A DNA stretch of 64,000 nt, taken from assembly GCA_965116495.1 (NCBI GenBank), contig OZ220696.1:192001-256000 (forward strand), written 5' to 3'. Shown here piece after piece: positions 1 to 11,882 of the stretch; the first letter of the stretch is position 1, and each line of letters opens with the position of its first letter. A program made the translations under genes and the position numbers. The notes under the pieces were generated by a model. It was not told the origin of the DNA, searched no databases, and saw nothing but the letters and a program-made list of their open reading frames with translations. Source of the stretch: Gammaproteobacteria bacterium (GTDB taxonomy: Bacteria; Pseudomonadota; Gammaproteobacteria; Eutrophobiales; Eutrophobiaceae).

Positions 1-92
1 TCAAGTTCAGACGGCGCAAACATCATCGCAAGCAGATGGGGCATCGCCAGGCTTATACTGAATTGAAAATAACAGGTATAAATACGCAATAA
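1..92 (+). CDS. rplU: 50S ribosomal protein L21, 3' part (truncated by window edge)
   Basis: Frame from nt 3 reads [29 protein letters not shown], the L21 C-terminus; directly upstream of rpmA. Confidence 0.93.
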   Translation, partial: KFRRRKHHRKQMGHRQAYTELKITGINTQ

Positions 93-109
93 TCAGCGGG
101 GGCTGGAAA

Positions 110-370
110 ATGGCTCATAAAAAAGCAGGCGGCAGTACACGTAACGGCCGGGATTCCCAATCGAAGCGCCTGGGCGTCAAACGCTTCGGCAGCGAAACAG
201 TCAAGGCGGGTAATATCATAGTCAGGCAGCGCGGCACCCGGTTTCACCCCGGTGTCAATGTAGGTTGCGGCAGGGACCATACCTTGTTTGCAACAGCAGA
301 CGGTATGGTGGTATTTGAACAAAAAGGCCCGGGAAACAGGACATTTGTGAGTGTTCAGAGCAGGGATTAG
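110..370 (+). CDS. rpmA: 50S ribosomal protein L27
   Basis: [16 protein letters not shown] signature. Confidence 0.98.
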   Translation: MAHKKAGGSTRNGRDSQSKRLGVKRFGSETVKAGNIIVRQRGTRFHPGVNVGCGRDHTLFATADGMVVFEQKGPGNRTFVSVQSRD

Positions 371-384
371 GAGTTAGCCCCTAA

Positions 385-1483
<1,099 letters not shown>

Positions 1484-1495
1484 GAAGACTGATCC

Positions 1496-2626
1496 ATGTC
1501 CAGACCGGAATCCAAAGATAGCGGGAAACAGTGCTGGGTGGTCAAGATAGGCAGTGCCCTGTTGACCGATGACGGCTGCGGTTTGCGTATGGAGGCCATC
1601 GCCGGCTGGGTGGGGCAGATGGCGCAATTGCGCCGCCGCGGGTTCCGTTTTATCATCGTCTCATCCGGTGCGATTGCAGAAGGCAGGGCGCGCCTGGGCT
1701 GGGACATGAGGCCTGTCAGCCTGCACGAGCAGCAGGCTGCGGCAGCCGTCGGCCAGATGGGCTTGATCCAGGCTTACGAGTCCGCATTCCAGGGATATGG
1801 CATACACACTGCCCAGATTCTCCTGACCCATGATGATATTGCCGACCGGGGTCGTTACCTGAATGCCCGGTCCGCCTTGCGCACCTTGCTGGAATTGGAT
1901 GTCGTACCCATCATAAACGAGAATGACAGTGTTGCCACGGATGAGATCCGCTTCGGAGATAACGACTCGTTAGCGGGTCTGGTGGCCAACCTGGCTGAAG
2001 CCGACCGGTTGATCATCCTGACGGATCAACAGGGCTTGTATGATCGCGACCCGCGTCAATATCCGGATGCCGGGTTAATCAAGGCAGGGCAGGCCGGTGA
2101 TGCATCCCTGCTGGATTACGCCGGCCCCGGGGGAGCATTGGGCCGGGGTGGCATGCTGACCAAACTCAAGGCTGCCGAGACAGCTGCGAAATCGGGAGCC
2201 GATACGATCATTTGCTCAGGCCTGGAAGCGGACGTCCTGCTGAAAATTGCAGGCGGAGAGCAGACAGGAACCCGGCTCAGCGTCAAACGCTCGCCGTTGG
2301 CCGCGCGCAAACAATGGCTGGCGGGACACAAACGTCCTGGTGGTACCCTGGTACTGGATGACGGCGCCTGCCGCGTACTGGCTGAACAGGGCAAGAGTCT
2401 GCTGGCCGTCGGGGTCGTTGCAGTCCGCGGTGAGTTCAACCGGGGTGAGATTGTCAGTTGCGTTTCCCGGGATGGCAGCGAGGTGGCCCGGGGCCTGGTC
2501 AACTACAATGCCGGCGAGACCCGCAGGATCATGGGTAGGCCGAGTGATATGATTGAAGAACTTTTAGGCTATGTCGATGAGGCGGAACTGATCCACCGGG
2601 ACAACATGGTAGTTTTTGAGAATTAA
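1496..2626 (+). CDS. proB: Glutamate 5-kinase
   Basis: [20 protein letters not shown] motifs and C-terminal PUA domain. Confidence 0.97.
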   Translation: MSRPESKDSGKQCWVVKIGSALLTDDGCGLRMEAIAGWVGQMAQLRRRGFRFIIVSSGAIAEGRARLGWDMRPVSLHEQQAAAAVGQMGLIQAYESAFQGYGIHTAQILLTHDDIADRGRYLNARSALRTLLELDVVPIINENDSVATDEIRFGDNDSLAGLVANLAEADRLIILTDQQGLYDRDPRQYPDAGLIKAGQAGDASLLDYAGPGGALGRGGMLTKLKAAETAAKSGADTIICSGLEADVLLKIAGGEQTGTRLSVKRSPLAARKQWLAGHKRPGGTLVLDDGACRVLAEQGKSLLAVGVVAVRGEFNRGEIVSCVSRDGSEVARGLVNYNAGETRRIMGRPSDMIEELLGYVDEAELIHRDNMVVFEN

Positions 2627-2760
2627 AAATTACGAATTAGGAATTACGAATGAATGTGCCGCCTGTGGCGGCGGTTTACTTATGAGTCGCAGATTTTCCG
2701 TAAGCCGGATCAAGGCACACAGTAACGTAACACTCCCAATTCCCAATTCGTAATTCCTAA
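2619..2760. repeat. Inverted heptamer arrays (GAATTAG/GAATTAC type) between convergent proB and rpsT; possible bidirectional terminator
   Basis: aattacgaattaggaattacgaat near 2628-2651, complementary array cccaattcccaattcgtaattcctaa at 2735-2760. Confidence 0.75.
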
Positions 2761-3017
2761 AGCGCGCGGATTTTGATATTCAGGCGGCTCTTGTGCCGGG
2801 CGGCCTTGTTCTTGTGTATCAGGCCCTTGTTCGCCATCCTGTCTATGATGGGAACTGCTGCCTGGTAGGCGGCGGTTGCTGCTTTTTTGTCGCCCTTTTC
2901 TATTGAGTCCAGCACCTTCCTGATAGAAGACCGTAACATGGACCGGCGTGAGTTGTTGTGCAGACGGCGCTTGGCCGCCTGTCTTGCGCGTTTCTTCGCT
3001 GATGAGATATTAGCCAA
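2757..3017 (-). CDS. rpsT: 30S ribosomal protein S20
   Basis: [12 protein letters not shown]...[12 protein letters not shown]; TTG start. Confidence 0.97.
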   Translation of the reverse strand: MANISSAKKRARQAAKRRLHNNSRRSMLRSSIRKVLDSIEKGDKKAATAAYQAAVPIIDRMANKGLIHKNKAARHKSRLNIKIRAL

Positions 3018-3086
3018 ATGTAACTCCTGATTGTCGATTACTTCAAAAGCAGGTCACTATGCGTATATGCCAGCGGTTTGTCAAAC

Positions 3087-3169
3087 GGAATTGAGAATTA
3101 AGAATTAGGAATTAAGCTGTATACTCCCATTCGTAATTCTTAATTCTTAATTCCTAATTCGTAATTCGA
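3087..3169. repeat. Inverted heptamer arrays between rpsT and murJ
   Basis: ggaattgagaattaagaattaggaattaag followed by attcgtaattcttaattcttaattcctaattcgtaattcg. Confidence 0.8.
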
Positions 3170-4711
3170 ATGCAGAAGTTACTGAAATCGACACTGGTAG
3201 TCGGCCTGATGACGACGCTGTCCCGGATTCTCGGACTGGTACGGGATATTATTATCGGCGCCATGTTCGGTCCCAGCGCCGGTGTCGACGCGTTTATCGT
3301 TGCTTTTCGTATCCCTAACTTTTTACGCCGGATATTCGCGGAAGGAGGTTTTTCCCAGGCATTCGTCCCGGTTCTGTCCGAATACCGGGAACGGCGCGGC
3401 CAGGCGGAAGTCAATGCCCTGGTTGAGCATACCGCCGCAGTTCTCGGCGCCTGCCTGTGTGTGACCACGGTCGTGGGCGTACTGGCTGCGCCCGTGCTGA
3501 TATGGATCTTTGCCCCGGGCTTCAGTGGGGACCTGGAGAAGCAGACACTGGCGACCCACATGTTGCGTATTACCTTTCCTTACATCCTGTTTATTTCGTT
3601 GACCGCGATGGCAGGCGGCATCCTCAATACTTATCGTCAGTTCGCCGTGCCTGCGTTTACGCCGGTATTGCTGAATCTTTCCTTAATCGGTTGCGCATTA
3701 TTGCTGACACCTTATTTTCCGGCGGAGCAAAGGATAGTCGCGCTGGCCTGGGGAGTTTTTGTAGCGGGCGTGGCACAATTGCTGTTTCAGTTCCCATTTC
3801 TCCTGAAACTCGGGTTAATGCCGCTCCCCAGGTTTAACCGGGACAGGGAAGGTGTCGGCAGGATTATTACTCTGATGGTGCCGACCCTGTTCGCCGTTTC
3901 CGTTACCCAGATTAACCTGCTCATCGATACGGTAATCGCCTCGTTCCTGGAGACAGGCAGCATCTCCTGGCTATACTTTTCCAACCGGCTGGTTGAATTT
4001 CCACTGGGTGTATTCGGTATCGCGCTGGCGACGGTTATTCTTCCCAACCTGGCGGCGGAGCATACCGGCAGGGATAATGCAGCGTTCAACAAAACCCTGG
4101 ATTGGGCGCTACGCTGGGTATTCCTGGTCGGCCTCCCTGCGGGTGTGGGACTGATACTGTTGGCGGCGCCGTTGTTGACCGCCCTGTTTCAGTATAATGA
4201 ATTTTCCCGGTATGACGTCCGCATGTCGGCGCATAGCCTGGTGGCATACGCAGTCGGGTTGCCGGCCTTTATCCTGATAAAAGTGCTGTCCTCCGGATTT
4301 TTTTCCAAGCAGGACACGGGAACACCGGTAAAAATCGCTGTAATTGCGATGCTGGCGAATATTATTCTAAACCTGGCGCTGGTTATCCCCCTGGCGCATG
4401 CGGGGCTGGCCCTGGCAACGTCCCTGTCCGCCTGTCTCAACGCAGTGCTGCTGTACCGGGTTTTACGTAAACGAAAGGAGTTTGATACGGGTCCGGGTTG
4501 GTTCGGTTATCTGGCCAGGGTTATCCTGGCGCTGGGAGTGATGGCGCTGGGTCTGGCTTACTTTGTTCCTGAGCAAGCCTCCTGGTTTCAATGGGATATG
4601 TATGAGCGCGCGTTAAATGTAGTATTATGCACGCTTGCCGGCGCCGTGGTCTATTTTGCTACCCTGTGGCTGGCAGGGTTTCGGTTACGCAAGATGGCAT
4701 TACAATCCTGA
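3170..4711 (+). CDS. murJ: Lipid II flippase MurJ (MviN)
   Basis: SRILGLVRD, RIPNFLRRIFAEG motifs; many TM helices; rpsT/ribF synteny. Confidence 0.97.
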   Translation: MQKLLKSTLVVGLMTTLSRILGLVRDIIIGAMFGPSAGVDAFIVAFRIPNFLRRIFAEGGFSQAFVPVLSEYRERRGQAEVNALVEHTAAVLGACLCVTTVVGVLAAPVLIWIFAPGFSGDLEKQTLATHMLRITFPYILFISLTAMAGGILNTYRQFAVPAFTPVLLNLSLIGCALLLTPYFPAEQRIVALAWGVFVAGVAQLLFQFPFLLKLGLMPLPRFNRDREGVGRIITLMVPTLFAVSVTQINLLIDTVIASFLETGSISWLYFSNRLVEFPLGVFGIALATVILPNLAAEHTGRDNAAFNKTLDWALRWVFLVGLPAGVGLILLAAPLLTALFQYNEFSRYDVRMSAHSLVAYAVGLPAFILIKVLSSGFFSKQDTGTPVKIAVIAMLANIILNLALVIPLAHAGLALATSLSACLNAVLLYRVLRKRKEFDTGPGWFGYLARVILALGVMALGLAYFVPEQASWFQWDMYERALNVVLCTLAGAVVYFATLWLAGFRLRKMALQS

Positions 4712-4714
4712 AAT

Positions 4715-5662
4715 ATGGAACTGATCAGATATTCATACAATCTCAAATCACGACATCGTGGTTGCGTTGCCACTATCGGGAATTATGACGGGATTCACCT
4801 GGGACACCAGGCCGTGCTCAGGCAACTCAAGCGGCATGCGGAGGTTATGAGATTACCGGCACTGGTGATTACCTTTGAGCCCCATCCCCAGGAATTTTTT
4901 GGGTCAGGTGAGGCCCCGACCAGGATAACGAGTTTCAGGGAAAAACTGGAGATACTCAAACAACAGAATATCGATCGCGTACTGTGTCTGCGCTTTCAGC
5001 AAAGTATTGCCGACCTGTCGGCGGAACAGTTTATCGAACAGATTCTGGTTAATGACCTGTCGGTAAAACGTCTTATAATCGGTGATGATTTCAGGTTCGG
5101 CAAAAACCGGCGCGGCGATTGCCGGATGTTGCAGGATGCCGGAAAGCATCTTGGCTTCGACGTAATTCTCACGGAGACCCACAAACTCGACGGCGACAGG
5201 GTCAGCAGCAGCATCATCCGTGAGAGGCTTAAGGAAAGCCGGTTTGAAGAAGCGCAATTATTGCTGGGACGTTATTTCAGTATCAGCGGGCGCGTTGTCC
5301 ACGGTGCGAAACGGGGCCGCCAGTTGGGGTTTCCTACCGCGAATATCAATCTCAGCAAACGCTATGTTCCGTTACGCGGCGTGTTTGCCGTCAGTGTCAA
5401 GGGAGCTGACGAAATGACTCACCTGGGGGTCGCCAACCTGGGGACGCGCCCGGTATTCAATGAGAAAAAACTGTTGCTGGAAGCACATTTATTCGATTTT
5501 GACAAAATGATTTATGGTAGGCATATCAGCGTTGAATTTTTCAGGCGCTTGCGTGATGAACGCAAATTCGCCTCAATCGACGAACTGGTGGCACAGGTCG
5601 CGACGGATATAAGGACGGCCAGGGAGTTTTTCACTGAAATCGACCTGCAAAGCCACGACTGA
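4715..5662 (+). CDS. ribF: Riboflavin kinase / FAD synthetase
   Basis: IGNYDGIHLGHQ and GFPTAN motifs. Confidence 0.97.
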   Translation: MELIRYSYNLKSRHRGCVATIGNYDGIHLGHQAVLRQLKRHAEVMRLPALVITFEPHPQEFFGSGEAPTRITSFREKLEILKQQNIDRVLCLRFQQSIADLSAEQFIEQILVNDLSVKRLIIGDDFRFGKNRRGDCRMLQDAGKHLGFDVILTETHKLDGDRVSSSIIRERLKESRFEEAQLLLGRYFSISGRVVHGAKRGRQLGFPTANINLSKRYVPLRGVFAVSVKGADEMTHLGVANLGTRPVFNEKKLLLEAHLFDFDKMIYGRHISVEFFRRLRDERKFASIDELVAQVATDIRTAREFFTEIDLQSHD

Positions 5663-5695
5663 TCCGGAGAAAAAATACCCGCATCTGAAAAAAAT

Positions 5696-5996
5696 ATCCA
5701 CAAATTACACGGATTATCACAGGTAATATTTTGAAATGGTTATGATTGTATTCGTCATTCCCCTGCTTTCGCAGGGGCAGGCTCTGCGAAGCTTGTCCCT
5801 GCGGAAGCAGGGAGCAGGAATCCAGAGAAATACTGTGTCGCCCGCAGAGCGACCCTTTGTATTACTGGATGCCGGGCCGGCCCCGGCATGACGATCGGTA
5901 CCTGTCTATGTATTACTGGATGCCGGGTCGATCCCGGCGTGACAGCCGGCGCCTGTCCATTTTATATAACTTAATCTGCGTTATTTGCGGATAAAA
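5696..5996. repeat. Composite cluster of nested palindromic elements
   Basis: Outer ATCCRCAAATWACRCRGATTA-like inverted pair, an interrupted GTCATTCCTGCGAAAGCAGGAATCCAG unit, and two 51-bp-spaced CTGGATGCCGGG..CCCGGCRTGAC units. Confidence 0.8.
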
Positions 5997-6025
5997 TCTG
6001 TAGTAAAACCATGTGATAGTTATTG

Positions 6026-8839
6026 ATGGCTGATTATAAAGATACCCTGACCCTGCCGAAAACGGACTTTCCCATGAAAGGGAACCTGGCTCAGCGGGAA
6101 CCTGAAATGTTACGGCGCTGGCAGGAACAGGACATATATTCCCGCATCCGGCAGCACCGGGCCGGCAGGAAGAAGTATATCCTGCATGACGGTCCGCCTT
6201 ACGCCAATGGCGATATTCACCTGGGACATGCCGTCAATAAAATCCTGAAAGACATTATCATCAAGTCGCATAGCCTGGATGGATATGATTGCCCATACGT
6301 GCCCGGCTGGGACTGCCATGGATTGCCCATCGAACACCAGGTGGAGAAGAAAATCGGCAAGGCCGGCGTCCGGGTCGATGCGCGCACATTTCGTAATGCC
6401 TGTCGCGAATATGCCCGAAAACAGATCGCCCGGCAGAAAACCGATTTTCAACGCCTGGGGGTACTGGGAGACTGGGATACGCCTTACCTGACCATGAATT
6501 ACCGGACCGAAGCCGACATCGTGCGAGCACTGGGCAGGATGATCGATGCCGGACATCTTGCCCGGGGCTACAAGCCCGTTTACTGGTGCCTGGATTGCGG
6601 TTCCGCACTGGCCGAGGCGGAAGTTGAGTATATCGATAAGCAATCACCCGGGGTGGACGTGTGTTTCCCCGTTGTCGATGAAGAGGCCGTATTCAACAGG
6701 GCGCAGGGGAAATGTGATGACCGGGGGGAAGGACAGTTATCCGTAGTTATCTGGACGACTACGCCCTGGACCCTGCCGGCAAACCAGGCGGTCGCCCTCA
6801 ATCCGGAATTTGATTACGTTGTCGTACAGTGTGAATCGCTGCGCGGCAGGGAGCGGCTGCTGCTGGCGGAAAAACTGGCGACTTCGGCGTTACATCGCTA
6901 CGCTATCGAAGATTACCGCATCCTGGCTTCGCTGAAAGGAAGTGTGCTTGAAGGACTGCAACTGCAACATCCGTTTTATGCCTACCAGGTCCCGGTAGTG
7001 CTGGGGGGGCACGTGACACTGGATACCGGAACCGGCGCCGTACACACGTCACCGGGGCATGGGGTGGATGATTATAACGTGGGTAAAAGGTATGACCTGC
7101 CCATCACCAATCCGGTAGCCGATAACGGTTGTTTCCGGGACGATACGGAATTGTTTGCCGGAGAGCATGTTTTCAAGGCCAACTCCCATATTATTGAAGT
7201 CTTGATTGACAGGAATCGCCTGCTCGTCGAAACCACAGTACGGCACAGTTATCCCCATTGCTGGCGGCATAAATCTCCGGTCATCTTCCGCGCCACGCCG
7301 CAATGGTTTTTCAGCATGGATGCCAGGAAATTGCGCGCCGGCGCGTTAAAGGAAATCGATAAGGTAACCTGGACGCCTGACTGGGGCCGGCAGCGTATAT
7401 ACGACATGGTGAACGACCGCATGGACTGGTGTATTTCCCGGCAACGCACCTGGGGGGTGCCTATAGCGGTATTTATAGACAGGCATTCGGGGGATTTACA
7501 TCCTGACACGCCGCGTTTGATCGAGGCAGCCGCGCAGAAGATTGAACAGGCAGGCATAGATGGGTGGTTCGATCTGGATGCAAGGGAATTAATCGGGGAA
7601 GAGGCGGAACGGTACGTGAAAGTAACGGATACCCTGGATGTGTGGTTTGATTCCGGCGTTACCCACGCAACTGTTCTGGAACGAGACGGGAGGCTGGCCT
7701 TTCCAGCCGATCTCTACCTTGAGGGGTCGGACCAGCATCGGGGCTGGTTCCAGTCGTCGTTGCTGACCTCTGTCGGGATAAGAAAACAGGCGCCATACGG
7801 CGGCGTGCTCACCCACGGTTTCGCTGTTGATGCCAAAGGCATGAAAATGTCCAAGTCCCTGGGCAACGTGATAGCGCCGCAAAAAGTCATGCAGACCCTG
7901 GGAGCGGACATATTGAGGTTATGGGTTTCGGCCACGGACTACCGGGGCGAGATGAATGTGTCCGATGAGATCCTCAAACGTATGGCGGACGCCTATCGCC
8001 GGATTCGGAATACTGCCCGTTACCTGCTGGCGAACCTGGACCGGTTTGATCCTGCCGTCGACTGCGTACCCGGGGATGACCTGTTGGAACTGGACAAATG
8101 GGTGCTGGTCGAAACTCTCCGGTTGCAGGAAGAGATCATCCGGGCCTACGCTGACTTCCAGTTCCACTTGATATACCAGAAACTACACCACTACTGTGTG
8201 GTGACCCTGGGCAGTTTCTATCTTGATATTATCAAGGACCGCATGTACACCCTGCAACGGCACAGCCTGCCGCGTCGCTCCGCCCAGACGGGCATGTTCC
8301 ATATCGCCGAGGCCCTTGTGCGCTGGCTGGCGCCTGTCCTGAGCTTTACCGCCGATGAAATCTGGCAACACATGCCCGGGCAACGCAGCACGTCGGTTTT
8401 CCTGGAAGAGTGGTACGAGGGCTTTCCGGCCGTAACTGTTGAAGATCATTGGCCCCGGGTCATCAAGGTCCGTGAAGAGGTCAGCAGGGAACTGGAGCGC
8501 CTGCGCAGCGACGGCGCCATTGGTTCCTCCCTGGACGCGGAAGTGCAGTTATATTGCAGCGGCGCGATCAGGACTGCCTTGGATTACCTTGGAGATGAGT
8601 TGCACTTCGTCTTCATAACATCCCGTGCGGATGTCTACGGGGACGCGGACAGACCGGATGACGTCCGCCGGAGCGAACTGGACGGACTGTGGATTAAAGT
8701 TACGGCGTCGTCCCGCGGCAAGTGTGTGCGTTGCTGGCACCGCTGTGAGGATATCGGGGTTGACCCGTCTCGCCCGGACTTGTGCGGCCGCTGCGTAGTC
8801 AACGTGGACGGCGCCGGGGAAACCCGTTTATTTTCATGA
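6026..8839 (+). CDS. ileS: Isoleucyl-tRNA synthetase
   Basis: GPPYANG, HLGH, KMSKS motifs and C-terminal Zn finger; ATG at 6026. Confidence 0.98.
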   Translation: MADYKDTLTLPKTDFPMKGNLAQREPEMLRRWQEQDIYSRIRQHRAGRKKYILHDGPPYANGDIHLGHAVNKILKDIIIKSHSLDGYDCPYVPGWDCHGLPIEHQVEKKIGKAGVRVDARTFRNACREYARKQIARQKTDFQRLGVLGDWDTPYLTMNYRTEADIVRALGRMIDAGHLARGYKPVYWCLDCGSALAEAEVEYIDKQSPGVDVCFPVVDEEAVFNRAQGKCDDRGEGQLSVVIWTTTPWTLPANQAVALNPEFDYVVVQCESLRGRERLLLAEKLATSALHRYAIEDYRILASLKGSVLEGLQLQHPFYAYQVPVVLGGHVTLDTGTGAVHTSPGHGVDDYNVGKRYDLPITNPVADNGCFRDDTELFAGEHVFKANSHIIEVLIDRNRLLVETTVRHSYPHCWRHKSPVIFRATPQWFFSMDARKLRAGALKEIDKVTWTPDWGRQRIYDMVNDRMDWCISRQRTWGVPIAVFIDRHSGDLHPDTPRLIEAAAQKIEQAGIDGWFDLDARELIGEEAERYVKVTDTLDVWFDSGVTHATVLERDGRLAFPADLYLEGSDQHRGWFQSSLLTSVGIRKQAPYGGVLTHGFAVDAKGMKMSKSLGNVIAPQKVMQTLGADILRLWVSATDYRGEMNVSDEILKRMADAYRRIRNTARYLLANLDRFDPAVDCVPGDDLLELDKWVLVETLRLQEEIIRAYADFQFHLIYQKLHHYCVVTLGSFYLDIIKDRMYTLQRHSLPRRSAQTGMFHIAEALVRWLAPVLSFTADEIWQHMPGQRSTSVFLEEWYEGFPAVTVEDHWPRVIKVREEVSRELERLRSDGAIGSSLDAEVQLYCSGAIRTALDYLGDELHFVFITSRADVYGDADRPDDVRRSELDGLWIKVTASSRGKCVRCWHRCEDIGVDPSRPDLCGRCVVNVDGAGETRLFS

Positions 8840-8843
8840 AACC

Positions 8844-9311
8844 ATGAAAACGGCAAACTTGCGCTGGCTCTGGCTGACCTTGCTGGTTATCATCCTCGAC
8901 CAGTTGAGCAAGCATGCGGCAAGCCAGTGGCTGGTGTATAACCAGGCCCATGCTGTTTTCCCGGGATTCAACCTTACCCTGGTCCACAATGCCGGCGCGG
9001 CGTTCAGTTTTCTCCGGGATGCGGGCGGCTGGCAACGTTATTTTTTTATTATTTTAACAACCGGTATCAGCATTGTATTGCTGGTCTGGCTGGCGCGATT
9101 GCCCGCTAAACGGTCATTGCTGGGCTGCGCCCTGGCCTTGATTATCGGCGGGGCGGTCGGAAACCTGTGGGACCGGCTCCAATACGGCTACGTGATTGAC
9201 TTCATTGAGGTGTATTACGACAAGTGGTCGTGGCCGGTATTCAATATCGCTGATTCTGCCATCACTGCCGGCGCTTTGCTGCTGATCATGGACGCGTTCA
9301 AAAGACCTTGA
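8844..9311 (+). CDS. lspA: Lipoprotein signal peptidase II
   Basis: DQLSK, NAGAAFS, GNLWDR, FNIADS motifs. Confidence 0.97.
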   Translation: MKTANLRWLWLTLLVIILDQLSKHAASQWLVYNQAHAVFPGFNLTLVHNAGAAFSFLRDAGGWQRYFFIILTTGISIVLLVWLARLPAKRSLLGCALALIIGGAVGNLWDRLQYGYVIDFIEVYYDKWSWPVFNIADSAITAGALLLIMDAFKRP

Positions 9312-9339
9312 CAAGCGGCCGGGGCAACCGGAATATCAT

Positions 9340-9363
9340 GGGGACAGGTTTAAACCTGTCTCC
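9340..9363. repeat. Short REP-like palindrome GGGGACAGGTTTAAACCTGTCTCC
   Basis: Near-perfect hairpin; a degenerate relative at about 26425-26449. Confidence 0.6.
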
Positions 9364-9437
9364 GCTTAATCCACCGGATAAAAGGGAATAATGTAGTATA
9401 TAATAGAAAACTGTCTAAAATTCCACAGGAAATCCAA

Positions 9438-10400
9438 ATGCAGATTACACTCGCAAACCCGCGTGGTTTCTGTGCCGGCGTAGACCGGGCAATCGAGATT
9501 GTTGAACGAGCGCTGAGTTTATTCGGTATGCCGGTCTATGTCCGCCATGAAGTGGTCCATAATAAATACGTAGTCGAAACGCTGCGGGATAAAGGCGCGG
9601 TATTCGTGAATGAACTGGATGAGGTGCCGGATAATTCGGTGGTCATCTTCAGCGCCCACGGAGTTTCCAAGGCTGTGCGGGAAGAGGCCGCGCGCAGAAA
9701 ATTGCGGATCTTCGATGCGATCTGTCCACTGGTAACGAAAGTACACATGGAAGTAGGTCACTACCAGGACGAGGGCAGGGAATGTATCCTCATCGGCCAC
9801 GCAGGTCATCCTGAAGTGGAAGGCACCCTGGGTCAATACCGGCCCAAAAACGGTGATGGCGCCATGTACCTGGTTGAGTCGGTGGCTGATGTTAAGAAGA
9901 TGGAAGTAAAAAATCCTGAATTTCTAGCGTTTGTGACACAGACTACCCTGTCAGTCGATGACACCTCTGAAGTCATCGATGCCTTGCGGCGGCGCTTTCC
10001 GAAAATCGTCGGCCCGAAAAAAGAGGATATCTGCTATGCCACGCAAAACCGCCAGGACGCGGTCAAGAAGCTGACCGGCGATTGTGATTTGATCCTGGTC
10101 GTGGGTTCGCAAAACAGTTCCAATTCAACCCGCCTGATGGAGATTTCCCAGAAGAAAGGTGTCCCTGCCTACCTGATAGATAACGTCACGGAAATTCAGC
10201 GGGAATGGCTGCAAGGCAAGGCCAATATCGGTCTGACCGCGGGCGCCTCCGCGCCCGAAGTCCTGGTTGAAGAGGTTGTGGAAAAGCTGAAGAGCTGGGG
10301 CGTTGGCAGCGTGACGGAAGCGCCGGGGATACAGGAAAGCGTGGTGTTTTCATTGCCCCGGGAACTTTATCGAGGAGCAGCAAGAGAAGGGCGGGCCTGA
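9438..10400 (+). CDS. ispH: 4-hydroxy-3-methylbut-2-enyl diphosphate reductase
   Basis: [33 protein letters not shown] motifs. Confidence 0.98.
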   Translation: MQITLANPRGFCAGVDRAIEIVERALSLFGMPVYVRHEVVHNKYVVETLRDKGAVFVNELDEVPDNSVVIFSAHGVSKAVREEAARRKLRIFDAICPLVTKVHMEVGHYQDEGRECILIGHAGHPEVEGTLGQYRPKNGDGAMYLVESVADVKKMEVKNPEFLAFVTQTTLSVDDTSEVIDALRRRFPKIVGPKKEDICYATQNRQDAVKKLTGDCDLILVVGSQNSSNSTRLMEISQKKGVPAYLIDNVTEIQREWLQGKANIGLTAGASAPEVLVEEVVEKLKSWGVGSVTEAPGIQESVVFSLPRELYRGAAREGRA

Positions 10401-10460
10401 CGGTCGCTGACATCAACCTGTCTATATAGTCCCTGGACTTTCCCGTCAGGTTTCTGAATA

Positions 10461-11429
10461 TCAGTTCTCCACGACAGGAACCGAGAGGATATATCTGACC
10501 ACTGCATGCAAGTCTTCCTGATCCATCAGGCCCGTGGAATTGTCAATCACATCGACCATGGCGCCGCCGGCATAATCGCCATCGGGTAATTCACCTTCTT
10601 CCAGGTAGAGTATTAACTCATCGTCGTCCCAGTCACCGATACCATCTGATTCCGATGATGTGATGTTGGGGACAGGGTCCCCATCAGGTCCGTCATCGGA
10701 ACCGGCCAGGAACAGTCGCGGACGAATTGCGCCGAGTAGATTCCTGGGTGTATGACACTCACCGCAATGGGTCAAGGCATTAACAATGTATGCCCCACGG
10801 TTGAGGCTCTCGTCATGTGCGGCATCGGGCTGGAAAATGCCGGGTTCGAAAAATAATGCCTGCCAGGCCGGCAACAACGCACGGTTGATATACCAGGGTG
10901 TTTCGTGCGGTTCGTTGCGGCGCTCGACCGGTGGCGTTGCCTGCAGGTAGTCGTACATGGCGCGCAGGTCGGAAAAATGGATCTGTGTGTAGGATGTATA
11001 GGGAAATGCAGGGTAATAGCGTGCTCCCGCGGGCGTAATGCCCAGGTGCATCGCCCGGGCGAAGTCCGCGAAACTCCAGCCGCCGATGCCGGTTTCCCTG
11101 TCCGATGTGATATTAGGGGCAATAAAATTGCCGAACGGGGTTTCCAGCTTCACGCCACCGGCCAGGTGGGCGCCGCCGTTGTCTGCATCCGTGTGACAAC
11201 TGACACAGCCGGCAATATTTACCAGGTATTCACCCCGATTTACATCGGTTTCAGATGGATTATCTCCCGAAACAGCCAGAGCAGGGAGCGGCTCCGGCCG
11301 AGACAACCACCAGAGCAAGACAAGCAGGATGATGCATAATAATGACAGTCTGGACCAGGACACGGCTAATTGTAACGTTGCGGGTACGTCATTCAGGCAT
11401 AATCCCGGGATGCCGGCTTGCGCCGGCAC
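10461..11429 (-). CDS. Diheme cytochrome c (membrane-anchored); true start probably downstream of 11429
   Basis: Two CXXCH motifs (CVSCH, CGECH), APNIT and YYPAFPY motifs; the annotated N-terminal MPAQAGIP comes from a palindromic repeat. Confidence 0.85.
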   Translation of the reverse strand: MPAQAGIPGLCLNDVPATLQLAVSWSRLSLLCIILLVLLWWLSRPEPLPALAVSGDNPSETDVNRGEYLVNIAGCVSCHTDADNGGAHLAGGVKLETPFGNFIAPNITSDRETGIGGWSFADFARAMHLGITPAGARYYPAFPYTSYTQIHFSDLRAMYDYLQATPPVERRNEPHETPWYINRALLPAWQALFFEPGIFQPDAAHDESLNRGAYIVNALTHCGECHTPRNLLGAIRPRLFLAGSDDGPDGDPVPNITSSESDGIGDWDDDELILYLEEGELPDGDYAGGAMVDVIDNSTGLMDQEDLHAVVRYILSVPVVEN

Positions 11430-11435
11430 GACAGG

Positions 11436-11882
11436 TTATTTCCTGAACGGTTTATGGCAGGCTTTACAGGTCTGCGTCAACTCGCCGAACCTGGTATCTA
11501 TTGCCCCGGCATCACCTGATTGAACGGCATCCAGGAGGGACTGTGCCGCCTGTTGACTTTCATTTGCGCGGGCTTCAAAGTCTGACCAGTTTTCCCAGAT
11601 CTCCGGTTTTGCATCGGTTTTTCCGGCTGATGTCCCCTCTGGAAATAGCAGGGCGATATCCCTGGTCAGCTTTGCCAGGGCGTCCGTGTGCATCTGCAGG
11701 TGTCCCGGCGCGTTGAAACGGCCGTCTTTAAGCCGCCGGATTGCCCCGGTATGGCCACCGATGGCGTTCATATAGTTCTGGCGGTATTGAATAGTCCCTT
11801 TTACGTCTACAGCCGTAGCCGCCTGTGGCAATACGCAGAATAATGCCGACAGATACAATATGGATAAGGTTTTATGGGTCAT
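11436..11882 (-). CDS. Class II cytochrome c (c'/c556)
   Basis: Signal peptide, AKPEIW, C-terminal CKACH. Confidence 0.9.
   Translation of the reverse strand: MTHKTLSILYLSALFCVLPQAATAVDVKGTIQYRQNYMNAIGGHTGAIRRLKDGRFNAPGHLQMHTDALAKLTRDIALLFPEGTSAGKTDAKPEIWENWSDFEARANESQQAAQSLLDAVQSGDAGAIDTRFGELTQTCKACHKPFRK

Noticed and set aside
5858-5955. Possible mini-CRISPR (two ~35-bp repeats, 51-bp period)
   Set aside because: Only two imperfect units with short, similar spacers and no cas genes; they are REP-type hairpins.
5746-5994. 82-aa ORF
   Set aside because: Made entirely of palindromic repeat sequence; likely spurious.
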